Positions 1-10,706 are shown, numbered from the stretch's first letter. The stretch is 64,000 nucleotides of DNA from Candidatus Omnitrophota bacterium (GCA_028687205.1 JAQUAP010000001.1:6831-70830), one strand, 5' to 3'. Numbers and translations are program-made. Notes: generated by a model from the letters alone, not told the origin.

Positions 1-763
1 CTTAAGTTTGGAGAAACTCCTTGCCGACGGAAGGATCCACCCGGGCAGGATTGAAGAGATTGTTGAGAAGACCAAGAAGGAGATGGATGAGAAAATCCGC
101 GAAGAGGGAGAGCGCGCGGCATTTGAAGCCGGCATCAACGGTTTACACCCGGAGCTGATTAAATTACTCGGCCGCCTGAAATACCGCACCAGCTTTGGCC
201 AAAATGCCCTGCAGCATTCTAAGGAAGCTTCGTTTTTATTAGGGGCTATGGCTTCCGAGTTGGGCTTAGATTTTAAATTATCCCGTCGCATCGGACTGTT
301 GCATGACATCGGCAAAGCCGTAGACCATCAGGTTGAAGGCACGCACGCCAAGCTCGGAGCGGAATTAGCCAAGAAATACGGAGAATCCGCGGAAGTAGTC
401 ATGGCTATTGAGGCGCACCATGAAGAAACCGCGCCGCAGAGCTTATACGCGGTTCTGGCCATAGCGGCAGATGCCATCAGCGCTGCCCGCCCAGGCGCGC
501 GCCGGGAGACCTTAGAAACATATATTAAACGCTTGGAAAAATTAGAGTCTATCGCCAATCTCTTTAAGGGGGTAGAAAAATCTTTTGCCATCCAGGCCGG
601 CCGTGAAATCCGCGTGATTGTCCAACCGGAAAAAATAACGGACGCCGAGGCCACCAATATGGCCAGAGAGATCCGCAAGAAAATAGAAGAAGGCATGGAG
701 TATCCCGGGCAGATTAAAGTTACGGTTATCCGTGAAACCCGGGCCATAGAATACGCAAAATGA
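1..763 (+). CDS. rny: Ribonuclease Y, C-terminal KH/HD-domain part (N-terminus lies outside the window)
   Basis: ORF 8..763; HD-domain motif [11 protein letters not shown] and the [23 protein letters not shown] block typical of RNase Y; directly followed by ymdB as in rny-ymdB operons. Confidence 0.85.
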   Translation, partial: LSLEKLLADGRIHPGRIEEIVEKTKKEMDEKIREEGERAAFEAGINGLHPELIKLLGRLKYRTSFGQNALQHSKEASFLLGAMASELGLDFKLSRRIGLLHDIGKAVDHQVEGTHAKLGAELAKKYGESAEVVMAIEAHHEETAPQSLYAVLAIAADAISAARPGARRETLETYIKRLEKLESIANLFKGVEKSFAIQAGREIRVIVQPEKITDAEATNMAREIRKKIEEGMEYPGQIKVTVIRETRAIEYAK

Positions 764-1548
764 AAATACTCTTTATCGGAGACATCGTGGGCAGCCCCGG
801 CAGGAGGGCGGTTGAGCAGCTCCTGCCCGGTTTAATAGAGGAGCATTCCCTTGATTTTGTGATTGCCAACGCGGAAAATGCCTCTGGCGGCTCCGGGATA
901 ATTCCTAAGGTAGCCGAGGAATTGTTTAATTCCGGAGTGGATGTGTTGACTTCAGGGGACCATATCTGGAAGCGAAAAGAGATATTTGAATTGATTAGCC
1001 ATGAAAAAAGGATCCTCAGGCCTTTAAATTTCCCCAGCCTTGCCCCTGGCAGGGGGAGCAATATTTTTAAGAGCAAAAAAGGCAAATCCGTCGGCGTAAT
1101 CAATGTTAATGGTCGGGTCTTTATGGAGGCGTTGGAATCTCCTTTTACGACAGCCCTGGCTGCCCGCGAAGAACTCGCCAAAGAAACTAAGATAATCATC
1201 GTCGACATCCATGCCGAGGCTACTTCCGAGAAGATCGCCTTAGGCTGGTACCTGGACGGCAAGGTCTCGGCAGTCCTGGGCACGCATACGCATATCCAGA
1301 CCGCGGATGAGCGGATTCTTCCGCAGGGCACAGCCTACCTAACTGACGTCGGTATGTGCGGCCCTTACGACTCCGTTATCGGCAGAAAGGTTGACCAGGT
1401 CTTAGAGCGGTTTTTAACCGCCATCCCTGTCAGGTTTGAGGTAGCCGAAGGCAATATCCAATTGCACGCGGCAGTTTTGGATGTGGATGAGAAGACAGGC
1501 AGGGCCAGGTCGATTGTAAGGATACAGAAAAAGCTTTTAAATGCATAA
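760..1548 (+). CDS. ymdB: YmdB-like metallophosphoesterase (2',3'-cyclic-nucleotide phosphodiesterase family)
   Basis: 262 aa; N-terminus [15 protein letters not shown] and a [28 protein letters not shown] block; ATGA start/stop overlap with rny. Confidence 0.85.
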   Translation: MKILFIGDIVGSPGRRAVEQLLPGLIEEHSLDFVIANAENASGGSGIIPKVAEELFNSGVDVLTSGDHIWKRKEIFELISHEKRILRPLNFPSLAPGRGSNIFKSKKGKSVGVINVNGRVFMEALESPFTTALAAREELAKETKIIIVDIHAEATSEKIALGWYLDGKVSAVLGTHTHIQTADERILPQGTAYLTDVGMCGPYDSVIGRKVDQVLERFLTAIPVRFEVAEGNIQLHAAVLDVDEKTGRARSIVRIQKKLLNA

Positions 1549-3352
1549 AGCCAAAAGTACAATTAAAAAGTTAAAATTCTGCATTTTAACTTGCGGTTTT
1601 ACGTTTTACGTTTTAATTTTTGCGTTTAATGGTTTTGCCCAGCAGGGCGATGACCTTGAATACACCCTGGATGTTGCCTCAAGCACCGCCCCTACCCCCA
1701 AAATATTTAAGCCCAATATGGATTTAAGCGGCCGCGGTTTCCATCAGGAAGACAACTGGCCGCAAGGCCTGGCTGCAAAAGAGACGCTGGAGGCCTGGCA
1801 AAAAGATATCGGGTTTAATGGTTTTTACCGCCTGCAATATAACCTCTGGGATATCAGCCAGCCGTCGAAAGATAAGGGGGCTAAAGAGAAGCTCCTTGCC
1901 AACTATGCAAATATTATCAAAAGCATAAGCGAGGCAGGCGGCGTAGTGATACTGGATATATTCGGCACACCCGCAGGCATGGGGAGGATTTTAGACAAAA
2001 AAACCGCGCCGGTGAATATGGAGGCATTTAAAGGACTGGTCAAGGGCACCATGAAAGATTTGAGCTGCGACAAAAAATACAATATCTGGTATGAAGTATG
2101 GAACGCGCCGGATTTAGAGAATTTCTTTTTAGGCAGGCAGCAGGATTATTTTAACCTTTACCGGCTGGTAAGCGAAAGCGCCAGGGAGCTGGAGGCGCAG
2201 TATAAGGTGCGCATACCCGTCGGCGCTCCGAGCGCAAGCTCCTGGTTCCGCCACCTTGAGGCCAACACCATTTTTACGCCCGAGGCCAGCCTGATTTACA
2301 AATTAATTAAATTTTGCTACCAGAACCATCTCAGCCTTAATTTTATCAGCTGGCACGGTTTTTCTACCGATCCTAAAATCGAAAAAGAAAATACCATTTA
2401 TAATAAAAGCTCCATCGATTTAGTGCGTGACTGGCTTTCGTATTTTAGCTTTGACCGCAATACCCCTTTAATCGTGGATGAATGGAATTATGACCGCGAC
2501 GCCAATCTCCTGCCGGAACGCAAAGAAAAAGCTTATATCGCATCCAGCTATATACCCGCCCGTATAAAAAATATGCATGAGGCCGGGTTAGATAATCAGG
2601 TTTATTTTTGTTTAGAGGATTTCCAGAATAATCCCGAAGGGGTAACCCGGAATGTGGGGGTTTTTTATTTTGACACCCGGCACGCCCAGGATAAGGGCCT
2701 GCCCAAGGCAACCTATAACGCCTTCAGGATGCTTAAGGAGTTGGGCCCGGAGATGTTTGCGTTTAAGCTTGACGATGAATTTGCCGGGGTCCTGGCAACC
2801 AGGTCAGAGGATAAAATAACCCTGTTGGTTTACAATTATATTGACCCGGAGATAGTCAAGGATTTACTGGCGGAAAATATCGCCGGGCTTAATCCCGCGG
2901 AGAGAAAATTCCTGCTTGGCGTCATCCGTTCTGACCAGTTATTTAAAATTATGGCGCAGCATGAGGATGTAAATTTATTGCCTACCACTAATAAAGTCAA
3001 GTCTTTGCTGAAAAATGCCCAGGAGCTTAATGACAAGGCCGAACATTTTAAATCCGCTAAGCGCAAGCTAAAGATTAGCTTAAAAAATATTAAGGGCAAT
3101 TATTCCTATAGCCGTTTTACGGTGGATAATTCCTGCGGCCTGAACTGCGGTTTTAAACCTGCCGCGGAAAAAGAGACCGGCACCCAGGATGCTTATCAGG
3201 AAGAACTGACTTTAAATCCATATTCGCTTAACCTCATTATATTGAAGAAAAAACCGGAGCCGCCTAAGGTAGAAGCGGTTCAGCCAGAGCCTCTTAAGCC
3301 GGAACCGCCTAAAGGAGAGGCTGCCAAGGACGCTAATGCCGCAGGAATTTAA
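1541..3352 (+). CDS. Secreted or membrane-anchored hypothetical protein, TIM-barrel glycoside-hydrolase-like, with a C-terminal Pro/Glu/Lys repeat tail
   Basis: N-terminal hydrophobic segment; GH5/GH39-like strand motifs IWYEVWNAPD (NEP-like motif with the acid position occupied by Ala) and IVDEWNYD; C-terminal PEPPK repeats. Confidence 0.4.
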   Translation: MHKAKSTIKKLKFCILTCGFTFYVLIFAFNGFAQQGDDLEYTLDVASSTAPTPKIFKPNMDLSGRGFHQEDNWPQGLAAKETLEAWQKDIGFNGFYRLQYNLWDISQPSKDKGAKEKLLANYANIIKSISEAGGVVILDIFGTPAGMGRILDKKTAPVNMEAFKGLVKGTMKDLSCDKKYNIWYEVWNAPDLENFFLGRQQDYFNLYRLVSESARELEAQYKVRIPVGAPSASSWFRHLEANTIFTPEASLIYKLIKFCYQNHLSLNFISWHGFSTDPKIEKENTIYNKSSIDLVRDWLSYFSFDRNTPLIVDEWNYDRDANLLPERKEKAYIASSYIPARIKNMHEAGLDNQVYFCLEDFQNNPEGVTRNVGVFYFDTRHAQDKGLPKATYNAFRMLKELGPEMFAFKLDDEFAGVLATRSEDKITLLVYNYIDPEIVKDLLAENIAGLNPAERKFLLGVIRSDQLFKIMAQHEDVNLLPTTNKVKSLLKNAQELNDKAEHFKSAKRKLKISLKNIKGNYSYSRFTVDNSCGLNCGFKPAAEKETGTQDAYQEELTLNPYSLNLIILKKKPEPPKVEAVQPEPLKPEPPKGEAAKDANAAGI

Positions 3353-4562
3353 ACATATCTATACCGTTTCCCAGATTACCCAAGAGATAAAAGTTATCTT
3401 TGAGAATACTTTCGGTAACGGGGTCTGGGTGGAAGGAGAAATTTCTAACTTTAAAGCGCACCCCTCAGGGCATTTTTATTTTTCGCTTAAAGATAGCGCA
3501 GCGATTTTAGGTGCCGTAATGTTCGCGCGCGCTAACCGGGAATTGAAATTTAAGCTACAGGACGGGCTGAAAGTAATCTGTTTTGGTAGAATCGATGTTT
3601 ATGGCCCACACGGTAAATACCAGATAGTTGTTGAGAAAATAGAACCTAAGGGCATTGGTGCGCGCCAACTGGCCTTTGAGCAGCTCAAGGAAAAACTTTT
3701 AAAAGAGGGCCTGTTTGATGCTGCTCGTAAAAAGCCGTTGCCGCTCATGCCTTTTCGCGTAGGAATAGTTACCTCCGGCGCCGGCGCAGCCATCCGCGAT
3801 ATTTTAGGCATACTGAAAAAAGGCTCACCCTGCACAGACGTGGTCATTCGCTCTGTGCGCGTGCAGGGCGAAGGAGCGGCAGGGGAGATCGCTCAAGGCA
3901 TAGAAGACTTAAATCAATTTAATAAGGTTGAGCTGATTATTGTCAGCCGCGGAGGAGGAAGCACCGAAGACCTCTGGGCGTTTAATGAAGAAGTAGTGGC
4001 CAGGGCAGTGTATAACTCCAGGCTGCCGGTTATCTCCGCGGTGGGGCACCAGATTAATATCAGCCTCTGCGATTTAGTGGCGGATTGTTTTGTCGAGACC
4101 CCTACTGCCGCAGCTAAAATAATCGTGGATAAGAAGAATGCTTTACTGGCCGAGCTCGACAGCCTAAAACACGAATTAGGATTTTCTATCTCCGATATCC
4201 TGAGCAGCCTCAAAAATAACCTTATCGCCTTACGCCACGCGATTAAAAGCCCGCTGGACCGGTTACAGGAAAAAGAGCAGCTGCTGGATGAACTGTTTTC
4301 AGGTTTAAATAATAATCTACGCCAATTTATGAATATTACCCGCGAGCGGGTTAAGGCATTGATCCACCGGTTGGATGCGCTTAGCCCTTTGGCGGTTTTA
4401 TCCCGCGGGTACAGCTTGAGTATGTTGGCGGCAGACGGCTCGGTAATTAAAGACGCGGATAAGGTCAAGCGCGGAGATAAGGTGAAAACCATTTTAAGCG
4501 CCGGCGCCTTTGTCAGTTCAGTCGAGGAGGTTATAAAAGATGAAAGAAAAACAATCGTTTGA
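3336..4562 (+). CDS. xseA: Exodeoxyribonuclease VII large subunit
   Basis: 408 aa; N-terminal OB-fold region YTVSQITQEIKVIFENTFGNGVWVEGEISNFKAHPSGHFYFSLKD; xseB immediately downstream. Confidence 0.9.
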   Translation: MPQEFKHIYTVSQITQEIKVIFENTFGNGVWVEGEISNFKAHPSGHFYFSLKDSAAILGAVMFARANRELKFKLQDGLKVICFGRIDVYGPHGKYQIVVEKIEPKGIGARQLAFEQLKEKLLKEGLFDAARKKPLPLMPFRVGIVTSGAGAAIRDILGILKKGSPCTDVVIRSVRVQGEGAAGEIAQGIEDLNQFNKVELIIVSRGGGSTEDLWAFNEEVVARAVYNSRLPVISAVGHQINISLCDLVADCFVETPTAAAKIIVDKKNALLAELDSLKHELGFSISDILSSLKNNLIALRHAIKSPLDRLQEKEQLLDELFSGLNNNLRQFMNITRERVKALIHRLDALSPLAVLSRGYSLSMLAADGSVIKDADKVKRGDKVKTILSAGAFVSSVEEVIKDERKTIV

Positions 4563-4779
4563 GGAGGATTTAAAGAAATTACAGAAGATTGTGGAGGAAC
4601 TCTCCGCAGGTAAGCTTACCCTGGGCGAATCGCTTAAAAAATATGAAGAAGGGATTCGGCTTGCTGAAAGCTGCTCTAAAGAATTAGAAGGGGCGGAGCG
4701 CAAAGTAGAGGCCTTGATGAAAAAAGACGGAAAATATGCGCTTGAGAAATTTGCAGAGGATGCGCCGGAAAAGGATTAG
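4540..4779 (+). CDS. xseB: Exodeoxyribonuclease VII small subunit
   Basis: 79 aa; FEEDLKKLQKIVEELSAGKLTLGESLKKYEEGIRL is typical of XseB; overlaps the end of xseA. Confidence 0.85.
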   Translation: MKEKQSFEEDLKKLQKIVEELSAGKLTLGESLKKYEEGIRLAESCSKELEGAERKVEALMKKDGKYALEKFAEDAPEKD

Positions 4780-4781
4780 TA

Positions 4782-6644
4782 ATGTTATTGGACGGGATTA
4801 ATTCACCGCAGGATTTAAAGAAGCTCAAAATCGAGGAGCTACCCAGGCTTGCCGTAGAGATACGCCAGAGGATGACCGAGGTCGTCGCCGTGCGCGGCGG
4901 CCACCTTGCTTCAAGTTTAGGCGCGGTAGAGTTGATCATCGCCCTGCATTATTGTTTAAACGCGCCCAGTGACAAGATTATTTTTGATGTCGGGCACCAG
5001 GCTTACGCGCACAAAATATTAACCGGAAGAAATAAGGAATTCTCAACCCTTAGGGCTTATCAGGGCATATCCGGTTTCCCCTCCAAGGATGAATCGGTTT
5101 ATGATTGTTTCACTACCGGCCATTCTTCAAATGCGGTATCTTTGGCTTTAGGATTAGCCTGTGCCAGGGACAGGCTTACGCCTGACGAACATTTTAAGGT
5201 TGTCGCGGTAATCGGAGACGGCTCTTTAAGCGGAGGGTTATGTTTTGAGGGCTTGAATAATGCCGGCCACTTTAAAAAAGATATGCTGGTTGTCTTAAAC
5301 ACCAATGAACTGAGCATCTCCCCGAATGTCGGAGCAATCAGCAACTATTTGAATAAAATCATCTCCCTGCCGGTTTATAACCGTTTTAAGGAATCGCTGG
5401 AACATTTCCTGACTAAACGCGGAGAAAAAGGAAGCCGGGTTTTAAAGTTAGTCACTAAATTCGAGGAGAGCCTTAAAGGCCTGTTTATCCCGGGGATGTT
5501 ATTTGAAGAGCTGGGTTTTCGTTATTTCGGCCCTCTGGACGGCCATAATCTGGAGCTGCTTATCCCGGCGGTTAAAAATGTCTTGAATATCAAAGGTCCG
5601 CGCATATTGCATGTCGTGACTAAAAAAGGCAAGGGTTATTTTGCCGCGGAAAATGAGCCGGTGAGGTTCCACGGCACAGGTCCGTTTGATATCCAGACCG
5701 GCTTAAGCTTAACTAAGCCCGGAGCAGCCAAGACCTATACTGAAATTTTTAGCGGGAAATTAGTGGAGTTGGCAGCCAGAGATAATAAAATCGTCGCGAT
5801 TACCGCTGCCATGCCTGAAGGGACAGGTCTGGATAAGTTTCATCAGCTTTTCGCGGATAGATTTTTTGATGTCGGCATTGCCGAGGCCCACGCGGTTTGC
5901 TTTAGCGCCGGATTAGCCAAGGGCGGGCTGAAGCCGGTACTGGTTGTATATTCTACTTTTCTACAGCGCGCCTATGACCAGATTATTGAAGATATCGCCT
6001 TGCAGGAGCTGCCGGTCGTATTTTGCCTTGACCGCGCAGGGATTGTCGGAGAGGATGGCGCGACGCATCAGGGTATATTTGACTTAAGTTTCTTAAATAC
6101 CGTCCCGAACCTGATGATCTTAGCGCCTAAAGACGGCCCGGAACTTGCAGCAATGCTTGAATTTGCTTTTACCTGCGCCAGGCCCGTAGTCATAAGATAT
6201 CCTAAAGGCCAAGCTCAAAACTTAGAAAGCGCAACGCATCCCATTGAATTAGGCAAGGCAGAAATTTTAACCGAAGGGAAAAATTTTGCTATAATTGCTT
6301 TAGGGAGCATGGTTGCCCCGGCTTTAGAGGCGATAGAATCGCTTAAAAAGGAAAATTTATCCGGCACCCTGATCAATGCGCGCTTTGCCCGGCCGTTGGA
6401 TAAAGACCTGATTCTTAGAGTAGCAAAGCAGCCCGGTTTTATTTTTAGCGTTGAAGAGGGGATTATCGACGGAGGTTTTGGCAGCGCGGTCGAGGGTGTC
6501 TTAGGTAAGCCGGTAAACAAGATTGGCCTGCCGCGCTCCTTTATCAGCCATGGCAAAAGAGAATTGCTGCTGGATAAATACGGGTTGACTGCGCAGGGTA
6601 TTGCGCATAAGATTAAATCAGTCCTTCGATGCGCCCCAGCTTAA
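4782..6644 (+). CDS. dxs: 1-deoxy-D-xylulose-5-phosphate synthase
   Basis: 620 aa; thiamine-diphosphate motif GGHLASSLGAVELIIALHY...FDVGHQAYAHKILTGR; transketolase-like middle and C-terminal regions. Confidence 0.9.
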   Translation: MLLDGINSPQDLKKLKIEELPRLAVEIRQRMTEVVAVRGGHLASSLGAVELIIALHYCLNAPSDKIIFDVGHQAYAHKILTGRNKEFSTLRAYQGISGFPSKDESVYDCFTTGHSSNAVSLALGLACARDRLTPDEHFKVVAVIGDGSLSGGLCFEGLNNAGHFKKDMLVVLNTNELSISPNVGAISNYLNKIISLPVYNRFKESLEHFLTKRGEKGSRVLKLVTKFEESLKGLFIPGMLFEELGFRYFGPLDGHNLELLIPAVKNVLNIKGPRILHVVTKKGKGYFAAENEPVRFHGTGPFDIQTGLSLTKPGAAKTYTEIFSGKLVELAARDNKIVAITAAMPEGTGLDKFHQLFADRFFDVGIAEAHAVCFSAGLAKGGLKPVLVVYSTFLQRAYDQIIEDIALQELPVVFCLDRAGIVGEDGATHQGIFDLSFLNTVPNLMILAPKDGPELAAMLEFAFTCARPVVIRYPKGQAQNLESATHPIELGKAEILTEGKNFAIIALGSMVAPALEAIESLKKENLSGTLINARFARPLDKDLILRVAKQPGFIFSVEEGIIDGGFGSAVEGVLGKPVNKIGLPRSFISHGKRELLLDKYGLTAQGIAHKIKSVLRCAPA

Positions 6645-6696
6645 AGTTTGGGGCTTGCTCAGGACTGATGGTGAGAGGAGTCGAACCACCAGTAAT

Positions 6697-6900
6697 ATGC
6701 CCAGGATAACCATTAATAAAGATAAATGCAAGGGTTGCTTGCTCTGTGTCGGTGTCTGCCCGCAGGGCTTAATTGTTGCCGATAAGGAATTGAACGCGCG
6801 CGGGGCAAAGCCGGCAAAATTTAAGCTCGACGGCAAATGCCTGGGTTGCTGCCTGTGCGCGATGATCTGCCCGGATTGCTGTATTGAGGTATATAAGTGA
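6697..6900 (+). CDS. porD: 4Fe-4S ferredoxin, delta subunit of a 2-oxoacid:ferredoxin oxidoreductase
   Basis: Two CxxCxxCxxxCP clusters (CKGCLLCVGVCP, CLGCCLCAMICPDCC); SD GAGAGGAG upstream of the ATG at 6697; the longer ORF from 6601 overlaps dxs and is unlikely. Confidence 0.7.
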   Translation: MPRITINKDKCKGCLLCVGVCPQGLIVADKELNARGAKPAKFKLDGKCLGCCLCAMICPDCCIEVYK

Positions 6901-6930
6901 AGTCAAAAGTCAAAAGTCAAAAGTCAAAAG
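6899..6930 (+). repeat. About 4.3 tandem copies of the 7-nt unit AGTCAAA between porD and porA
   Basis: Read directly; sits at the stop/start junction of the two genes. Confidence 0.8.
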
Positions 6931-6935
6931 TATTA

Positions 6936-7973
6936 ATGACCGGTAATGAGGCAATTGCCGAAGGGGCAATCCAGGCCGGCTGCACTTTTTACGCGGGCTA
7001 TCCCATTACTCCTCAAAACGAACTAACCGCTTATATGGCGAATCATATGCAAAAGAGCGGCGGCGTATTTATCCAGGCTGAGGCAGAACTAGCGGCGATA
7101 AACATGGTTTTTGGCGCTGCGGCAGCAGGAGCGCGCGCGATGACTTCGTCATCCAGCCCGGGAATAAGCTTAAAACAGGAAGGGATTTCTTATATTGCCG
7201 GCGCAGAATTGCCGGCGGTAATCGCCAATGTGATGCGCGGCGGCCCGGGGTTAGGCAATATCGCTCCTGCCCAGTCTGATTATTTCCAGGCTACGCGTTC
7301 AGGAGGCCACGGGGATTATCATTGCCTGGTTTTAGCGCCGGCAAGCGTCCAGGAAAGCTACGACTTAACCTGCCTGGCATTTACCCTGGCGGATAAATAC
7401 CGTTCCCCCGCCATCATCCTTAGCGACGGCCTGCTCGGCCAGATGATGGAGCCGTTGTTAGTCCGCAAAGAAGGAAAAATAGAATTACCTGCTAAGCCAT
7501 GGGCCCTGACCGGTTGCACAGGCAGGCAGGCCAATGTTGTAAAATCATTTTATCTTAAAGAAGGAGACCTGGAGAAGTTAAATCTTAAATTGCAGAAAAA
7601 ATATAAGGAGATACAGCAAAAAGAGCAGCGCTGGGAAGAGTTTTTCTTGACCGATGCTAAAGTTGCCTTGGTTGCCTATGGCACCATGGCCAGGATTGCC
7701 AGGAGCGCAGTCAAGGTTTTAAGGGAGAAAGGTAAAAAAGTCGGCTTGCTCAGGCCGCTCACCCTCTGGCCTTTTCCGAAGAAGGCATTTACCATGCCAA
7801 AAAAGAAATATTTAGTAATTGAAATGTCTTACGGCCAGATGTTGGAAGATGTGCAGCTGGCTCTCTGCGGCAAAGCCGGGGTTGAATTTTTAGGCCGCTC
7901 CGGAGGCGGGATACCTTCGGAACAGGAAATTATAGTTAAGGTCAATAAAATATACCATGGAAAAAATATATAG
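6936..7973 (+). CDS. porA: 2-oxoacid:ferredoxin oxidoreductase alpha subunit (alternative GTG start at 6897 would add a Lys-rich extension)
   Basis: MTGNEAIAEGAIQAGCTFYAGYPITPQNEL is a typical POR/KOR alpha N-terminus; the 7-nt tandem repeat lies between the 6897 and 6936 starts. Confidence 0.8.
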   Translation: MTGNEAIAEGAIQAGCTFYAGYPITPQNELTAYMANHMQKSGGVFIQAEAELAAINMVFGAAAAGARAMTSSSSPGISLKQEGISYIAGAELPAVIANVMRGGPGLGNIAPAQSDYFQATRSGGHGDYHCLVLAPASVQESYDLTCLAFTLADKYRSPAIILSDGLLGQMMEPLLVRKEGKIELPAKPWALTGCTGRQANVVKSFYLKEGDLEKLNLKLQKKYKEIQQKEQRWEEFFLTDAKVALVAYGTMARIARSAVKVLREKGKKVGLLRPLTLWPFPKKAFTMPKKKYLVIEMSYGQMLEDVQLALCGKAGVEFLGRSGGGIPSEQEIIVKVNKIYHGKNI

Positions 7974-8685
7974 CCACCCTCGGTCATTGCGCGATCTATC
8001 AACGCATTACTGCCCGGGTTGCGGCCACGGCCTGGCACACCGCCTGATCGCCGAGGTAGTGGATGAGCTGGGCATAAGAGAGCGGGTGATCGCGATCGCT
8101 CCGGTCGGTTGCGCAGTAATCGCCTATGACTATTGGGATTTTGATTGTTCGGAAGCAGCGCATGGCCGGGCATTGGCAGTAGCAACCGGAATAAAAAGGG
8201 TCAGGCCGCAGAATATCGTTTTTACTTATCAGGGTGACGGAGACCTGGCAGCCATCGGCACTACCGAAACAATCCATGCGGCTAACCGCGGAGAAAATGT
8301 AACGGTATTTTTCATTAATAATGCTGTTTACGGGATGACCGGCGGCCAAATGGCGCCGACTACTTTATTAAATCAAAAGACTTCTACTACCCCTGAAGGA
8401 AGAAACGCGCAATTCCAGGGTTATCCTTTAAAAATCTCTGAAATGTTAGCGCTCCTGCCGGGAGTCAAATACGTAGAGCGTGTTGCACTTGACTCGCCGC
8501 AGGATATTATCAAGGCTAAAAAGGCCATCAAAAAAGCACTGGTAAATCAGATGGAAGGAGTAGGCTTTTCTTTAGTTGAAATGCTCTCGCCTTGTCCGAC
8601 CTACTGGGGCCTGTCCCCTAAAGCATCGCTGGACTGGATTAAAAATACTATGGTAAAAGAATTTCCTTTGGGAGTGATTAAATGA
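7957..8685 (+). CDS. porB: 2-oxoacid:ferredoxin oxidoreductase beta subunit (TPP-binding)
   Basis: CPGCGHG motif; TPP-binding GDG block (YQGDGDLAAIG). Confidence 0.85.
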   Translation: MEKIYSHPRSLRDLSTHYCPGCGHGLAHRLIAEVVDELGIRERVIAIAPVGCAVIAYDYWDFDCSEAAHGRALAVATGIKRVRPQNIVFTYQGDGDLAAIGTTETIHAANRGENVTVFFINNAVYGMTGGQMAPTTLLNQKTSTTPEGRNAQFQGYPLKISEMLALLPGVKYVERVALDSPQDIIKAKKAIKKALVNQMEGVGFSLVEMLSPCPTYWGLSPKASLDWIKNTMVKEFPLGVIK

Positions 8686-9221
8686 CCGAGCGCATTATTA
8701 TCGCCGGTAGCGGCGGCCAGGGCATTATGCTTTTAGGGAAAATTATCGCTGAGGCAGCTTTACTTCAAGGTAAATTCGTTACCTGGCTTCCTGCTTACGG
8801 GCCGGAGGTGCGCGGAGGCGCGGCGCATTGTATGATCATTATAGCGGATGATGAAATCGGCTCCCCTTTTATTGATAAAGCGGACAGCTTGATTATTATG
8901 AACCAGCTTTCCCTGGTAAAATTCAAAAGCCGCCTGAAAAATAACGGCCTGATGATTATTAATAGTTCCCTCGCTAAATTAGATAACAAGCTTAAGTTCA
9001 AGGCGGCAGAGGGCAGGTGCACGGATATCGCCGAAGGCTTAGGCAACATTAAAGCAGCCAATGTTGTAGCCTTAGGGATGTATCTGGCAAGCAAGAAGAT
9101 TATCAGCGTAGAAAATACGCTAGGCGTCATTAAAAAAATGGCGCCTCAGGATAAGCCCGAACTGCTTAAGGTTAACCTGGAGGCCCTAGAAAAAGGCAGG
9201 GAGCTTGTAAAAAATGGTTAG
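8682..9221 (+). CDS. porG: 2-oxoacid:ferredoxin oxidoreductase gamma subunit
   Basis: IIAGSGGQGIMLLGKIIAEAALLQGK matches the POR gamma N-terminus; translationally coupled to porB. Confidence 0.8.
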   Translation: MTERIIIAGSGGQGIMLLGKIIAEAALLQGKFVTWLPAYGPEVRGGAAHCMIIIADDEIGSPFIDKADSLIIMNQLSLVKFKSRLKNNGLMIINSSLAKLDNKLKFKAAEGRCTDIAEGLGNIKAANVVALGMYLASKKIISVENTLGVIKKMAPQDKPELLKVNLEALEKGRELVKNG

Positions 9222-10518
9222 GGTAAGGTTTGCCCCCAGCCCGACAGGGGCATTGCATATCGGCGGAGCGCGCACTGCTTTATTTAACTGGCTTTATGCC
9301 CGCGCTAAAGGCGGTAAATTTATTTTACGGATAGAGGATACGGATAAACTGCGTTCAAAACAGGAATTTGTCGATGAGATTTTAAACAGCTTAAAGTGGC
9401 TCGGGTTTAACTGGGATGAGATTTATTATCAAAGCAAGCGCTTTAGTATTTACCATGAACACGCGCAGAGATTGCTTCAAGATGGCAAGGCCTATAAAGA
9501 AAAAGCTCCGGATAGGCCGGGAGAAGCGGTGATTTTTAAGGTCCCGCAGCAAAAGATAAAGATCCAGGATCTCATCCGCGGGGAGATTGAATTCGATACC
9601 AGCATCATTAAAGACCAGGTACTCATCAAATCCGATGGCACGCCGACTTATAATTTCGCCTGCGTGGTTGACGATGCGACCACTGATATTACCCACGTCA
9701 TACGCGGGGATGACCATATCTCTAATACGCCCAAGCAAGCCCTCTTATACGAAGCCTTAGGATTTACCCTGCCTAAATTTGCGCACCTGCCGTTGATTAT
9801 GGGTATGGAAGGAGGCAGGCTCTCCAAGCGCACCGGCGCTACCGCCATCAGCGATTACCGCAGGATGGGCTATCTGCCGCAGGCGCTGGTGAACTACCTT
9901 TTGCTCCTGAGCTGGGCGCCCGGAGACAATATCGAGATCATCGATATAAAAGAGGCGATAAAATTATTCGATGTCACGCAGGTGAATAAGACCGCAGCTA
10001 CTTTTGACCTGAAGAAACTGAACTGGATGAATAACCAGTACCTTAAAAATGAAGACCCGGAGAAGCTAACCGATACCCTGGTCCCGCTGCTTGCCGAAAA
10101 AAACTACATCGATACGAACAGGCTTGACCGGGAATACCTGGTATCTTTAGTGAAATTATTCCAGCCGCGCCTTACGACGATAACCGATTTTCCCGACTGG
10201 GCGGACTTCTTTTTTGTAGAGGAGCTCAAGATAGAACCGGAGGCGCAGAAGAAGTTCTTAACGGACGACTTATCAGCGGAATTCAGGCAGTTCATAGAAA
10301 AACTTGATAAATTGGAAAAATTTGATATCCTGAGCATAGAAGCTGGGTTCCGCGAATTGGTCAGGGAGCTGAACATCGAATCCAAGGCCCTGATCCATCC
10401 TGTCAGGGTCGCCCTTACCGGAAAGACCGTGGGGCCGGGGCTTTTTGAGGTTATCTATTATTTAGGAAAAGAGCGCACTAAAAAAAGGTTAAGCCGTTGG
10501 ATAAAGGGAGGAATATGA
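9214..10518 (+). CDS. gltX: Glutamyl-tRNA synthetase
   Basis: HIGH-type motif PSPTGALHIGGARTALFNWLYAR; KMSKS-like LSKR; 434 aa. Confidence 0.9.
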   Translation: MVRVRFAPSPTGALHIGGARTALFNWLYARAKGGKFILRIEDTDKLRSKQEFVDEILNSLKWLGFNWDEIYYQSKRFSIYHEHAQRLLQDGKAYKEKAPDRPGEAVIFKVPQQKIKIQDLIRGEIEFDTSIIKDQVLIKSDGTPTYNFACVVDDATTDITHVIRGDDHISNTPKQALLYEALGFTLPKFAHLPLIMGMEGGRLSKRTGATAISDYRRMGYLPQALVNYLLLLSWAPGDNIEIIDIKEAIKLFDVTQVNKTAATFDLKKLNWMNNQYLKNEDPEKLTDTLVPLLAEKNYIDTNRLDREYLVSLVKLFQPRLTTITDFPDWADFFFVEELKIEPEAQKKFLTDDLSAEFRQFIEKLDKLEKFDILSIEAGFRELVRELNIESKALIHPVRVALTGKTVGPGLFEVIYYLGKERTKKRLSRWIKGGI

Positions 10519-10706
10519 TGCTTAAAAAAGCGTGCTTGCTATGTTTTCTTCTTGTCTTCGGTTTCTTGGCAATCGGTTGCAGCACCGTATCTAAAGGATC
10601 GGTCGGCTTGGTTAAGGGAACGACCAGCGGAATAAGTGAAGGAGCCAAAGACGATTGGGCCTGGCTGCTCAAAGTCGATAAGTGGGTGAAGAACAATCTT
10701 TGGTAA
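10497..10706 (+). CDS. Small putative lipoprotein
   Basis: Signal peptide with lipobox LAIGC; 69 aa. Confidence 0.4.
   Translation: MDKGRNMMLKKACLLCFLLVFGFLAIGCSTVSKGSVGLVKGTTSGISEGAKDDWAWLLKVDKWVKNNLW

Noticed and set aside
328-1331. Minus-strand ORFs 328..747 and 726..1331
   Set aside because: Antisense shadows of rny and ymdB; Ser/Ala/Arg-rich nonsense-like translations.
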